Shown: positions 53,705 through 64,000 of the stretch, piece by piece | Numbering within the stretch: position 1 is the stretch's first letter | Layout of the letters: every line of letters starts with the position of its first letter | Source: Verrucomicrobiota bacterium | Lineage (GTDB): Bacteria; Verrucomicrobiota; Verrucomicrobiia; Opitutales; Cerasicoccaceae | NCBI GenBank assembly: GCA_039818205.1 | Contig: JBCBUK010000006.1 | Span: 128,001-192,000 of the forward strand | Length of the DNA stretch: 64,000 nucleotides | Direction: 5' to 3' | Translations under genes and position numbers: made by a program | Notes under the pieces: generated by a model | The model's database searches: none | Told to the model about the DNA's origin: nothing | What the model saw: only the letters and a program-made list of their open reading frames with translations

Positions 53705-54019
53705 TTATTCGCTTGGGGCGACGTTGACTTCAAGACCGTCCAATTCGTCGGCCATTTCAATCTGGCAGCACAAACGGCTGTTGGGCTTATGGTGTTCGTT
53801 GAACTCGAGGGTGTCTTTTTCGAGGTCATCGGCTGGGCCGACTTTTTCTTGCCATTCCTGGGGCACGTAAACGTGACAGGTGGAACAGGAGCAAACGCCT
53901 CCGCAGTCGCCTGTGATGCCTTCGACATCGTTATATTGGGCGATCTCCATCAAGCTGCCAACGGCATCTTCGACAACGACTTTTTCTCCTTCGGTGGTAA
54001 TAAACGTAACTTTGGCCAT
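53705..54019 (-). CDS. 2Fe-2S ferredoxin (putidaredoxin/adrenodoxin type)
   Basis: CGGVCSCSTCHVY and SRLCCQ; start at MAKVTF, 5 bp upstream of the P450. Confidence 0.95.
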   Translation of the reverse strand: MAKVTFITTEGEKVVVEDAVGSLMEIAQYNDVEGITGDCGGVCSCSTCHVYVPQEWQEKVGPADDLEKDTLEFNEHHKPNSRLCCQIEMADELDGLEVNVAPSE

Positions 54020-54770
54020 GGATATAGGATAGTTAATAGACTGAATCAATTTTTCTGATTGTATCGATATTTGGCCGCAGTATCTAGATGTATCCTGGCG
54101 ATAATTGATACTTTGTTGCGCCAAAGGAGTGGGTAATCGGCTATTGTAACCCCTTTTGGCTATTAGAATATCGGCCAGTGGTTGTTAAAAAGCAGCCGTG
54201 AGGGTTGGTTTTTGTAAGCAAATGATCACATCTTCTGACTGCTGGGCGGGTTGATGTTGGAATCTTGCAGCCGTTTTTCCGACGTCGCGTTTGTACTATC
54301 GAAAGATAGTGCTTATGGAGGGGTAAATCCTGGCCGATAAACATACCCAACGGGTGATTGAGGCTTGACGGAAAATGACAAAAACAGTCCACTTTCTATA
54401 CCTTAACTTCCGTCGTATTGTTAACCCCATGTTCTGTCCAATTCAAATACAGTCATTGTTCGGTCGCTGGCGCTCTTGCCGATCGGATAGGCCAGTGTAT
54501 GTGTATTCGGCTGTTTTTGTGGGTAAACGATTGCGACCTTACTCTGTGCATTTTGCGCATACTTTGTGTTTTCATTTCCTTTCCGATTCGCTGGAATTTG
54601 CCAAATCCCAATTTGTTTGTGAAGGGGAACATAACATGGATTCCACGAGTCTTAAGTTGGAGGCACTTCCTTCGCAAATTTTTCTGCGATTAGGCGGCGC
54701 CACAGGAGTCGTTCAACCGGCTGAATAGCGTTGGTTAATGTGCCGATCTGAAACCCTTTAATTGAACCTT

Positions 54771-55748
54771 ATGAATAAACTACCCGCATTATTGGCCTTT
54801 GGACTCGCCTCGTTGCCTCTGGCAGGGATGCCAGATTGGAAGCCCGAGTTTGAGGATAAGCCTGTTGCACCAAAGTTGCTTAAGATGGTTGAGCAAGCGA
54901 TGCCGGACAAGCCACACGTTTCGCCTAAAGCGGATCGGAAAATTTTGGTCTTCAGCTCAACTTCCGGCTTTCGCCACGGCTCCATCCCTATTGGGTTGTA
55001 TGCGATGGAACAGTTGGGTGACCAGTCGGGTGCCTTCGACGTTGTGGTCAGCAATGAGTTCAGCAATTTTGAACCCGACGCGCTGGAGGAGTTTGACGCC
55101 GTCGTTCTCCTGAACACAACTGGCCCGATTTTCCTGCCGAATTGGAAGACCCAGAAGGATGATTTCACAAAGGAGGAGTGGCAGCAGATGATCAAGCGCC
55201 ACAAGCGCCTCATCGGGAATCTGATCGACTACGTCGAAGCGGGCGGTGGCCTTGTGGGAATTCATGCCGCGACGGATGCTTGCTATGGTGAGCGAGAGTA
55301 TGGCGAGGCCATGGGCGGTTATTTCGCCGGACACCCCTGGAACGGGAATAACGAGGTCACCATCGTCGTCGAAGACCCTGAGCATGCGGTTAATGAGCAC
55401 GCATTTGGAGATGTCGAAGACTTCCGCATCAAGGAAGAGATATATCAATTTCAAGATGAGCCTTACTCGCGGGAGCGCCTGCGAATTTTGCTCCATTTGG
55501 ATCCCGAGCGCAGTGACAAAGTCGACCCGAAGCGGATGAAGCGTGAAGATGGCGATTATGCGGTCTCATGGGTACAAAAGGTTGGCGATGGCCGCGTTTT
55601 TTACACAAGCTTAGGTCACAATTTCCACATTTACTGGGATCCGATGATTCTCAGACATTACCTCGCTGGAATCCAGTTCGCAACCGGTGACCTGGAAGCC
55701 GATACGACCCCCAGTGCAACGATCGCCATCCCACTAGAGCAGGAATAA
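54771..55748 (+). CDS. Exported ThuA-domain protein
   Basis: Signal peptide, [43 protein letters not shown]. Confidence 0.88.
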   Translation: MNKLPALLAFGLASLPLAGMPDWKPEFEDKPVAPKLLKMVEQAMPDKPHVSPKADRKILVFSSTSGFRHGSIPIGLYAMEQLGDQSGAFDVVVSNEFSNFEPDALEEFDAVVLLNTTGPIFLPNWKTQKDDFTKEEWQQMIKRHKRLIGNLIDYVEAGGGLVGIHAATDACYGEREYGEAMGGYFAGHPWNGNNEVTIVVEDPEHAVNEHAFGDVEDFRIKEEIYQFQDEPYSRERLRILLHLDPERSDKVDPKRMKREDGDYAVSWVQKVGDGRVFYTSLGHNFHIYWDPMILRHYLAGIQFATGDLEADTTPSATIAIPLEQE

Positions 55749-55776
55749 ATTAGAACTTACAAACCTCAATAAACAT

Positions 55777-57066
55777 ATGGATTCGAAGAAAGCTTACTCG
55801 CGTCGCAACTTTCTCAAAAAGGGCACAGCCCTGGGGGCGGCAATGTTTAGTGCACCGATGATCCTCCGGGCCGAGACCCTGGGCATCAACGGCCACGTAG
55901 GTCCCAACAGCAAAATCAACGTCGGATTTATTGGCTTTGGTAAGCAGATGGGGGCGCACACGGGAATCATCTGGCAAGATGACGTGCAGCCAGCCTATGT
56001 TTGTGACGTGAAGTCCTGGGCGCTGGAAAAGGCGAAGAAGAACATGCTCAATGGTGGCTTTAAGGACATCAAGGCGACACCCAATTATGAAGACATCGTC
56101 GGTGATCCATCCGTTGACGCAGTCGTCGTTGTCACCCCGGACCACTGGCATGCCGCGATCTCAATCGCTGCGATGAAGGCTGGTAAAGACGTCTATGTCG
56201 AGAAGCCGATGACCTTGACCATCGATGAAGGTAAGGCGATGGTTGAAGCCGAGAAGCGCTACGGATCAATTGTCCAAGTGGGATCTCAGCAGCGTTCAGA
56301 CAGCAATTTCCGCAAAGCGGCCGAACTGGTTCGCAACGGGTATATCGGAGAGATTAAAGAAGTCCACACTCGCTTGGGATCATTCCCCCAGCCTGAGCTC
56401 CGTGCGCCTGAGGCGATTCCGGAAGGCTTTAACTACGACAAGTGGCTTGGACCTGCACCTTGGGAGCCATACTTCGAGTGGCGGGTTAAAGGTGACTACG
56501 GTGGCGGCTGGCGCTGCTTCTGGGACTACGGTTCTCGTAAGATGGGCGACTGGGGCGCACACCATTTCGATATCATTCAATGGGCCCTTGGCCGCGACAA
56601 TAGCGGTCCCGTTCTCTTCATCCCGAAGGGCTTCGAAGGCACCGAATACGCGACTTATGAATATGACGATGGCGTTAAGGTCTTGCGTGACACCAAGCCT
56701 GACAAGGGAATGATTACATTCTATGGCACCGAGGGTGAAATCACGGTTGGTCGTGGTGGTAATCTTGTGACGACTCCAGGCGAATTGGCAGGGATGCCAT
56801 TGAGCCCATCGGATACTCAGTTGTATCGCACGACCAATGATCACAAGCGTAATTGGTTGGACGGAATCAAGACTCGTAAGCCAACGATTTGCCCAGCAAC
56901 CGTTGGCCACCGTACGGGAACGATCTGCCAACTCGGCGGCATTGCTGAGCGCCTCGGGCGTCCGGTTAAGTGGGATCCGAAGGCCGAGAAGATCTTGGAT
57001 GATCCGGAAGCGGCGCGTTGGGAAGATCGGCCACGACGCGCGGGTTACGAACTTCCGGTTGTGTAA
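55777..57066 (+). CDS. Tat-exported Gfo/Idh/MocA oxidoreductase
   Basis: SRRNFLK Tat motif, [31 protein letters not shown]. Confidence 0.93.
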   Translation: MDSKKAYSRRNFLKKGTALGAAMFSAPMILRAETLGINGHVGPNSKINVGFIGFGKQMGAHTGIIWQDDVQPAYVCDVKSWALEKAKKNMLNGGFKDIKATPNYEDIVGDPSVDAVVVVTPDHWHAAISIAAMKAGKDVYVEKPMTLTIDEGKAMVEAEKRYGSIVQVGSQQRSDSNFRKAAELVRNGYIGEIKEVHTRLGSFPQPELRAPEAIPEGFNYDKWLGPAPWEPYFEWRVKGDYGGGWRCFWDYGSRKMGDWGAHHFDIIQWALGRDNSGPVLFIPKGFEGTEYATYEYDDGVKVLRDTKPDKGMITFYGTEGEITVGRGGNLVTTPGELAGMPLSPSDTQLYRTTNDHKRNWLDGIKTRKPTICPATVGHRTGTICQLGGIAERLGRPVKWDPKAEKILDDPEAARWEDRPRRAGYELPVV

Positions 57067-57093
57067 GTTGAAACGGACTACCTATTTTATCTA

Positions 57094-58986
57094 ATGAAGA
57101 AACACCTGTTATTTTTATTTGTTCTTGGTCTGGCTTCGGTGGCGCATGCTATCGAGATCGACCAGACCATCGAGCTGCTCGGTTCCGACGATTACAACGA
57201 GCAAACGAAAGCGCGCAGCGAGCTGAAGTTTGCGTTTGCTGATGCCAAGGGTTCGGATCACTTGCAGATCCAAACCAAGGTAATCGATAACCTGAACGGG
57301 TCGCTGCCGTTGGATCAGCGACTTTACCTGCTGCGTTTGCTGGAGTGGTTCGGAGATGACCAAGCAGTTGAGGCAGTTTCCCCTTTGTTAAATGACTCTG
57401 ACACGGCGGTTCAGGATAGTGCTCGTCGTGTATTGATGAGCATTCCTGGAAATGCCGCCGCGTTTGCGTTGGGTAATGGACTTCGTTCGGCGACTTCCGG
57501 CGAGGACAAGGCAAACTACATTGACGCGCTTGGCTATCGCAAGGAAGCCCGCGCGGTTCCGCTGATTAACCAGTATTTGGAAACCGGTGATGCGACCGTT
57601 ACTCGTTCAGCAGCGAACGCATTGGTCTCGATTGGTTCAACTGAGGCAATCCCCGCGCTCTTGGCTGCCCGCGGTTCAGCGGGTGAAGCTAAAGTCGATG
57701 TTGAGTTAGCAATTCTTTCAATTGGAGCTGACGCCAAGACTGCGAATGAGCTTGCGGCTAATAGCACCGATCCAGCTGTTCGCGTGGAGGCCTACGAAAC
57801 CTTGGTGGTGAAAGATCCCGCAGCAGCGGATAAGATTCTTGCCAAGCTGTTAGCGACTGAGGCGGCACCTGCACGGTCTCAAATGATCAACATTGCCATG
57901 GTTAAGGGCAATGCTCAGTTGCAGAAGCGCTTGGTCGACTATTTGCCGAAGGCATCAAAAGCCGATCAGATTTTGATCGTTGCTGCGATTGGGGAAGCCG
58001 GGCTCTCGCAATATGAAGGAGCAGTTCTCGCGGTCTTGGCAAATTCTGGCGATTGGTTTCAGAAGAACGTGACCATCGATGCGCTTGGTAATATTGGCAG
58101 CGATGCCAGCTTTGAGCCGATGTATAATGCGCTCATCAATGACTCGAAGAACAAGGTTATCCTTGATGCGGTTGCTCGTTTGAATGCGAGTTCCGCGGAT
58201 ACGAAAGCCATGGCGACGGCTCGTGATGCAAGCGTGGATCCAGCTGAGCGTATCTCAGCAATGAAGATTTTGTCTCTGCGCAATAGCCCGGGTGCTCTCG
58301 AATATCTGAATGAAGTTGTGGCGGATCCGAATGCTGATCGCAAAGTTCGCGAGGCGGCCATTAAGACTTTAGAAGACTTGGGTAACTTTGAGTCGGTCGA
58401 GATCTTCGTGACGTTGATTGGCAACAGTGATCCGTTGATGCGCTCGGCGCAGCGAAGCCTCAAGCGTTTGTCCCTCAACCTGCGGGCACCAAATGCTCTT
58501 TGGGATGGGTATTATCAGCCAGCGATTGCTAAGGCTTCGGATCCAGCGATTCAGGAGCGTTTCGTAGTCATTCTGGATTCGGTAGATTCAAAAAAGACGC
58601 TTGATTATTTGAAGCAGCAGATCCTTGACCCGAACTCTCCGCTGAAGGATGCGTCGCTAAAGGCTATGTCCCGTTGGTCTTCGGTTAAGTCAGTGGACGT
58701 ATGGATAGACATCGCAAATAAGTCAGACGAAATGGCTCCAACTGCCGTGAAAGAAATCAAGCGTGCCGTTACCAGCAGCCAGGTCAAAGCGGGACCCGTT
58801 GAGAAGGTCAACGCGATGGTCCGCGCCGTTCAAAAAGCGCCGAATGCCGAGTTTAAGCTTCAGGTGCTGGAGGCATTCGTTGATACGCCAGGCAATATGC
58901 GCTGGGCTCTAACTCACCTAGACAAAATCAAGGATGATCCGGATGTGACCGCTAAGGTGCAAGAGATCCGCGACAAAAACAGTTAG
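57094..58986 (+). CDS. Exported HEAT-repeat protein
   Basis: Signal peptide; repeated ALG..AVP.L helical units. Confidence 0.85.
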   Translation: MKKHLLFLFVLGLASVAHAIEIDQTIELLGSDDYNEQTKARSELKFAFADAKGSDHLQIQTKVIDNLNGSLPLDQRLYLLRLLEWFGDDQAVEAVSPLLNDSDTAVQDSARRVLMSIPGNAAAFALGNGLRSATSGEDKANYIDALGYRKEARAVPLINQYLETGDATVTRSAANALVSIGSTEAIPALLAARGSAGEAKVDVELAILSIGADAKTANELAANSTDPAVRVEAYETLVVKDPAAADKILAKLLATEAAPARSQMINIAMVKGNAQLQKRLVDYLPKASKADQILIVAAIGEAGLSQYEGAVLAVLANSGDWFQKNVTIDALGNIGSDASFEPMYNALINDSKNKVILDAVARLNASSADTKAMATARDASVDPAERISAMKILSLRNSPGALEYLNEVVADPNADRKVREAAIKTLEDLGNFESVEIFVTLIGNSDPLMRSAQRSLKRLSLNLRAPNALWDGYYQPAIAKASDPAIQERFVVILDSVDSKKTLDYLKQQILDPNSPLKDASLKAMSRWSSVKSVDVWIDIANKSDEMAPTAVKEIKRAVTSSQVKAGPVEKVNAMVRAVQKAPNAEFKLQVLEAFVDTPGNMRWALTHLDKIKDDPDVTAKVQEIRDKNS

Positions 58987-59032
58987 ACGTCTCCCGACAT
59001 TCAACGACTTTTAGGTTAGTCATATATGTATG

Positions 59033-59068
59033 GTTGCCACGGCCTGAATGGGCGGTGGCAACTTTTTT
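59033..59068 (+). terminator. Intrinsic terminator of the ThuA-Gfo-HEAT operon
   Basis: gttgccac...gtggcaac stem followed by tttttt. Confidence 0.8.
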
Positions 59069-59774
59069 ATTGCTCGGGCATCGCGGCCCAACTTCCGCCA
59101 CCTGAGATGAGTGGATAGAGGCAGGGTTCCGTGTGCGTCCACCAACGGTTGGTTACTGGATCAGCTTTCATGAGCTCATCGTCTGCAGCTCGATCACTGC
59201 CGATGTATTCTACATGGGTGAAGAGCATGAGGACTTGGTCAAACTCGATCATAAAAGTCGTCCAGTTTTGGTAATGGCTACGTGCCATTTGATCGATGAC
59301 ACCTGGCCAATTCGTTTGGTGCAGGGTGCGGTACCAGAGTTCCTGGTCTGGGTGGAGGCCTGCTGCTAAGCCTAGCGGTTGCCCAATCGAACGATCGCGT
59401 CGCGTGTTGTCGGCAATCACATTGATAAACTCGGCGCGTTGCCAGGGGGCGTCCGTCTCGGAGGCTCGCGGATGAGCTTGTAGGAGTGAATCGAGTGTCG
59501 CCCAATACGGTGAGCTTTGTTTGAAGACGGCGGCTGATTTCTCCTGATCGAGTTCGTTCATCTCGAAGTAAACGAATAGGATCGTGCGCTGCTCAAATGT
59601 CTGCAGATAGAGGTGCACGTGCAGAAGGCCAGCGCGGGCCAGTTGCTCCGTAAGGTCGGCTGGCTTTTGGCTAAGGCGATCTTTCAGCTTATCGATGTTG
59701 CTGGCGGGGACTTCAGCAATGAGTGCGACTCGGCGGAAGTGTTCGGCATTCAGGCGGTTTTCGTAGGGGGACAT
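59067..59774 (-). CDS. L-rhamnose mutarotase-like protein, tandem domains
   Basis: C-half YRTLH..WPGV..NWTTF..EYIG..ADPVTNRWW; N-half is a degenerate copy. Confidence 0.8.
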   Translation of the reverse strand: MSPYENRLNAEHFRRVALIAEVPASNIDKLKDRLSQKPADLTEQLARAGLLHVHLYLQTFEQRTILFVYFEMNELDQEKSAAVFKQSSPYWATLDSLLQAHPRASETDAPWQRAEFINVIADNTRRDRSIGQPLGLAAGLHPDQELWYRTLHQTNWPGVIDQMARSHYQNWTTFMIEFDQVLMLFTHVEYIGSDRAADDELMKADPVTNRWWTHTEPCLYPLISGGGSWAAMPEQ

Positions 59775-59858
59775 GTTGGTAGAGGGTTTCTATATCTTTT
59801 GGTCACTAGAACGATTCCGGAAATAATCGCATAATGGAGGATCTCTTATGATTCCCCG

Positions 59859-59875
59859 CATTGAGATTCTCAATG
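59859..59875. promoter_or_regulatory. Candidate operator (perfect 8-1-8 palindrome)
   Basis: cattgaga-t-tctcaatg in the divergent mutarotase/sulfatase spacer. Confidence 0.45.
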
Positions 59876-59925
59876 AATAAAATTGATGGGCGCCTGCGAG
59901 CGACCTAGTTTAGTCGAAATACATC

Positions 59926-61497
59926 ATGCAAAAATTGGCCTACCTCTCGCTTTGTTTTGCTGCGGCAATTTCCCTGAATGCTGCAGACCGCCCCAATATC
60001 ATTTTCATCATGTCAGACGATCATGCCGCAGAGGCATTCGGCGTCTACGATAGTCACCTTTCCGGGCTGGACCCGACTCCCAACCTAGATCGCTTGGCGG
60101 CGGAGGGGGTGTTGTTTGAAAATGCCTTTTGCAATAACTCGATATGCACACCAAGTCGCGCGAGCATTATGACGGGTCAGTATCCGCAGACGAACGGCGT
60201 GCTCGACCTCGATGGCGTGTTAGAACCCGAGAAGCAGTACTTGCCCATGGAAATGAAAAAATTGGGCTACTCCACTGCGATGATTGGCAAGTGGCATTTG
60301 AAGAGCGAGCCAGTGAAATACGATTACTACAAGGTGCTCCCGGGGCAGGGTTTATATTTTGATCCCGTTTTCCGTGAAAAGGGGCGGGGCGAATGGCCGG
60401 ACAATGTCGTGGAGTCGACCGGACACTCCAGCGACGTTATTACCGATATCACAATTGATTACCTGGAGAACTTAGATCGCTCCAAGCCCTTCTTTATCAT
60501 GCACCATTACAAGGCGCCGCATGACGAGTTTGAGTTCGCACCGCGGTACAAAGACTACCTGGCGGACGTAAAGGTACCTGAGCCAGAGAGCCTCTATAGT
60601 CAAAAGGGTTTCGGATCCATTGCGACTCGGGGCGAAGAGGATTCACTGCGCACGGTGATTGGCACGTCGGTTTCGGACCGGCATGAGCGCCGCAACTACA
60701 CGAAGAATTACGTGAAGGAGCCGGGCGACATGTCCACCGAGGAAAAGACGAGCCAATCCTACCAGACCTACCTCAAAGACTACCTGCGTTGCGTGAAGGG
60801 AATTGATGATAACCTCGGGCGTCTCTTTGATTACTTGAAGGCAGAGGGTCTTTGGGAAAATACCATCATCATCTACACCGGTGACCAGGGCTTCATGCTT
60901 GGTGCGCATGACCTGATCGATAAACGTTGGATGTATGAGGAGGCCATGCGCATGCCGCTGATCATTCACTATCCGAAAGAGCTGCAAACTGGCGTTGAAA
61001 CCGATTTAATTGTTAACAATACGGACTTTGCCCCAACGATGATCGACTTGGCCGGCGGCGAAGTTCCGGATTACATGCAAGGGCGAAGCTTTGCCAACAC
61101 GCTTAAGGGCTTGCCTGAGGAGGACTGGCGCACCTCGACTTATTATCGGTATTGGATGCATATGATTCACCACTGGGTTCCGGCGCATTTCGGAGTCCGT
61201 ACGAAGGACTATAAGCTGATCCTTTATTACGGGAAAAACTATGTGCCGGAAGAGAACTGGAATGACTTCTATTGGGGTAAACAATACGAGGGTTACCTCG
61301 GAGAAACTCCGGTTGCCTGGGAGTTCTACGACCTCCGCAACGATCCCAATGAGATGACCAATCAGTATGGCAACCCAGAGTATGCTGCGGTGATCAAGGA
61401 ATTGAAAGCCGAGCTAGAGCGTAGCCGGATTGAGCTCGATGAAACGGATGAGCAATACCCGGAGTTGCAGGCAATCATTGAGGCTAATTGGCAGTAA
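59926..61497 (+). CDS. Exported formylglycine-dependent (S1) sulfatase
   Basis: Signal peptide, PNIIFIMSDDH, CTPSRA, GKWHL, GDQG, DKRWMYEE. Confidence 0.96.
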   Translation: MQKLAYLSLCFAAAISLNAADRPNIIFIMSDDHAAEAFGVYDSHLSGLDPTPNLDRLAAEGVLFENAFCNNSICTPSRASIMTGQYPQTNGVLDLDGVLEPEKQYLPMEMKKLGYSTAMIGKWHLKSEPVKYDYYKVLPGQGLYFDPVFREKGRGEWPDNVVESTGHSSDVITDITIDYLENLDRSKPFFIMHHYKAPHDEFEFAPRYKDYLADVKVPEPESLYSQKGFGSIATRGEEDSLRTVIGTSVSDRHERRNYTKNYVKEPGDMSTEEKTSQSYQTYLKDYLRCVKGIDDNLGRLFDYLKAEGLWENTIIIYTGDQGFMLGAHDLIDKRWMYEEAMRMPLIIHYPKELQTGVETDLIVNNTDFAPTMIDLAGGEVPDYMQGRSFANTLKGLPEEDWRTSTYYRYWMHMIHHWVPAHFGVRTKDYKLILYYGKNYVPEENWNDFYWGKQYEGYLGETPVAWEFYDLRNDPNEMTNQYGNPEYAAVIKELKAELERSRIELDETDEQYPELQAIIEANWQ

Positions 61498-62584
61498 CAA
61501 CATCGGCGCCAAACTCAACGAAGGCTGGCGTTGGAATGGCAAGCGAATGTTCCGTTGGCGTGAGGAGCCCGGTATCGGGATCGCGCTTCAGGCATGCCAG
61601 TAAGTCAGATTGTTGATTTGCAATGAGCAGGTGGCTATCAGTTGGGCTCAGGCACATATGTCGGGGAATGTTTCCCTGACAGTCGGTGTGCCCCATCAAA
61701 GCTAGCAGACCCGATGTTGGGTCGACGGCCAAGGTCGCGATGGTGTTGTGACCGCGATTGGCAACGTAAAGATGGCGCCCGTCTTGGCTAAGGCAAAGCT
61801 CTGAGCAATGGCTGGCACCTTGGTGGTTCTCCGGCAGTGTCGAGACAAGATCGAGCAAGCCGAACTCTCCGGTTTCCGCCGCGTAGCGTAAGACGGCTAT
61901 TTCCGAGGTGAGCTCCAATACACAGTAGGCGATCTCGCCAGTCGCATTAAATAACATGTGCCGTGGTCCGCTTCCGCCGGGGGCGTGGAACACGGGCCCA
62001 TGTTGCAGCTTCCCCTCGTTGACATCCAGCTCGTAGCTGCAGATCCGATCGGTTCCGAGGTCGACGAGAAAGGCAAAGCGATTGTCGGGACTCGTAAATG
62101 CTGCATGCGGATGCGGTGCCTCTTGGCGTTCGGTGTTTGGGCCACTACCGGATAGCTGAATCGAGTCAGTGGGTGCGCCTAGATGGCCATTAGTGTTAAC
62201 TGGATAGACCGCCATGTTGCCCTCGACGTAGTTGGCGCAGAGTAGCCAGCTGCCGCTTTGGTCGAGTTTAATGTACGCAGGCCCCTTTCCGAGCGAGGAG
62301 CACTCCTGCAGCTTCTGAATGTGGTGGTCCTTGCCGATCTCAAATACGCTTAGGCAACCATCTTCGCGTCCTTCGTAGTCATAGATTTCGCTAATGGCAT
62401 AAAGGCGATTACCAGCAGCGTTCTGGCAAAGATAGGAACTGTTCATGACGGCTTCCGAGCGGTTGATCTCCCGCATGGATCCGTCCTTCGCGTCGAACTC
62501 GATGACATGTATACCGTCGGCTTTGCCATGGACGTGGTCCATGCGACGGGTATAGGTGCCGATGTATGCGTAGGATTTTGACAT
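61484..62584 (-). CDS. Lactonase, 6-phosphogluconolactonase (7-bladed propeller) family
   Basis: YIGTYT, ANYVEG, ERQEAPHPH, DLGTD, GSGPRH, NRGHN, PRH, ANQQS. Confidence 0.92.
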   Translation of the reverse strand: MSKSYAYIGTYTRRMDHVHGKADGIHVIEFDAKDGSMREINRSEAVMNSSYLCQNAAGNRLYAISEIYDYEGREDGCLSVFEIGKDHHIQKLQECSSLGKGPAYIKLDQSGSWLLCANYVEGNMAVYPVNTNGHLGAPTDSIQLSGSGPNTERQEAPHPHAAFTSPDNRFAFLVDLGTDRICSYELDVNEGKLQHGPVFHAPGGSGPRHMLFNATGEIAYCVLELTSEIAVLRYAAETGEFGLLDLVSTLPENHQGASHCSELCLSQDGRHLYVANRGHNTIATLAVDPTSGLLALMGHTDCQGNIPRHMCLSPTDSHLLIANQQSDLLACLKRDPDTGLLTPTEHSLAIPTPAFVEFGADVVTAN

Positions 62585-62625
62585 GGCTAGTTGGTGGGCC
62601 GAGATTTTGTGACTCAGCCAACCAA

Positions 62626-63078
<453 letters not shown>

Positions 63079-63080
63079 GA

Positions 63081-63848
63081 TTAGATGCCGAGGTTTTGAT
63101 TAATTTGGTTGGCGCAGTGTTGCATCGCCCGGATGTATTTTTGAATGATTGGGGCGTTGATGTCGCCTCCAAGTAAGCTAACCGCGAGGGCTCCGCTGAG
63201 GTCGGTACCGGCGATTCCAATTGGGAGCGCAATATCTATTACCCCCGGAGAGAATTGACTCTGTGCGGTTTCAAACTGTTGCTCCCGAATCTTGTGTTGA
63301 CGCTTCTGATAGGCATTCTTTTTTGCCTGGCTTAGCTGTTGGTAATGCGTGTCCTCGGTGAGGAACGCCATCGCTTCATCCTCGTCTAATTGGCTGAGTA
63401 GGACGGCACCTGAGGCGGTTTGGGTGATCGGAAGCAAAGTGCCTTCTCCGACTGCGAGACAAACCCGTCGGGCTGGCATGCGCTCAATGATGATGAGAAG
63501 ATCGGCTCCGTTCTGCACGCTAAAGTGGCAGGCTTGGCCGATCTCATCCGCGAGCTGTTCCATGGGTTGTCGGACGGCCTTGCGCAGGCTGGTCATCCCA
63601 TTTTGTAGATGGCCGAGCTCAAACAGTTTGAGGCTCAGCCCGTAGGACACAGTGCCGCTTTGCTTCGTAACATAACCGCGCTGCTCAAGGACGCTAAGCA
63701 TGCGATAGATTTCGCTTGGCGTGCGTTCGAGCGCGTCGGCGATCTCAGCCTTGGAGCAGGGGTTGGGTTGCCCGGCAAGGAACTCAAGGATATCGAGGCC
63801 TTTTTCCAGGGCGGGGGCGCTGTATTTCTTTTCCGTCTTTGGGGGCAT
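63081..63848 (-). CDS. IclR-family transcriptional regulator
   Basis: [41 protein letters not shown]. Confidence 0.93.
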   Translation of the reverse strand: MPPKTEKKYSAPALEKGLDILEFLAGQPNPCSKAEIADALERTPSEIYRMLSVLEQRGYVTKQSGTVSYGLSLKLFELGHLQNGMTSLRKAVRQPMEQLADEIGQACHFSVQNGADLLIIIERMPARRVCLAVGEGTLLPITQTASGAVLLSQLDEDEAMAFLTEDTHYQQLSQAKKNAYQKRQHKIREQQFETAQSQFSPGVIDIALPIGIAGTDLSGALAVSLLGGDINAPIIQKYIRAMQHCANQINQNLGI

Positions 63849-63918
63849 GGATTAGTCGAATTATCGCCCCAAAGCTTTAACAAATTTTGAGCTTGATCAA
63901 TTCAAAAATAAATAAATG

Positions 63919-63932
63919 ATTCATATTTGAAT
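63919..63932. promoter_or_regulatory. Candidate IclR operator
   Basis: attca-tatt-tgaat palindrome in the AT-rich divergent spacer. Confidence 0.5.
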
Positions 63933-63953
63933 TTTTAACCACCCCGACTCCAG

Positions 63954-64000
63954 ATGGCACAAACGAAAAGCTTGAAGGGGATCACCTGGGACCACATGCG
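63954..64000 (+). CDS. 5' end of a probable sugar solute-binding-fold protein (partial)
   Basis: MAQTKSLKGITWDHM(R) matches the GxTWxHxRG N-terminal motif of an SBP family; only 15 full codons visible. Confidence 0.55.
   Translation, partial: MAQTKSLKGITWDHM

Noticed and set aside
54141..54728. ORFs of 74-117 aa in the fdx-thuA spacer
   Set aside because: Overlapping, atypical composition and no motifs; treated as non-coding

Overview
A 64 kb gene-dense bacterial chromosome segment. A Verrucomicrobiota (Opitutae-like), probably marine, origin is inferred from the PEP-CTERM protein, short atpH, sulfatase and ThuA/Gfo/HEAT genes; this is not proven. Bases 1-49.9 kb are mostly housekeeping: icd 3' end, uvrC, cinA, glpD, purSQL, the atpBEFHAGDC operon, mscS, dnaX, glgC, mlaEF and rsmD. 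This part also holds a Wsp-like chemosensory cluster with two receptors, a double-Hpt CheA and no WspR, interrupted by a YWTD-propeller PEP-CTERM gene. Bases 50.6-64 kb look like a catabolic island for methylated and sulfated algal sugars: ferredoxin, CYP236-like P450, Zn-ADH and esterase; ThuA, Tat-exported Gfo/Idh/MocA and HEAT protein; a tandem mutarotase; a sulfatase; lactonase, MaoC and IclR; and the start of a solute-binding protein with no signal peptide. Other highlights are an A9 slippage site in dnaX that gives a stop in both shifted frames, three enzyme folds that have lost catalytic residues (PIN, DUF294 nucleotidyltransferase, TlpA), a W/F-P repeat protein heading mlaEF, and a highly structured intergenic RNA candidate at 50.1-50.4 kb. 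No rRNA, tRNA, CRISPR array or IS element was recognised. All family calls come from motif recognition by eye, not database searches.
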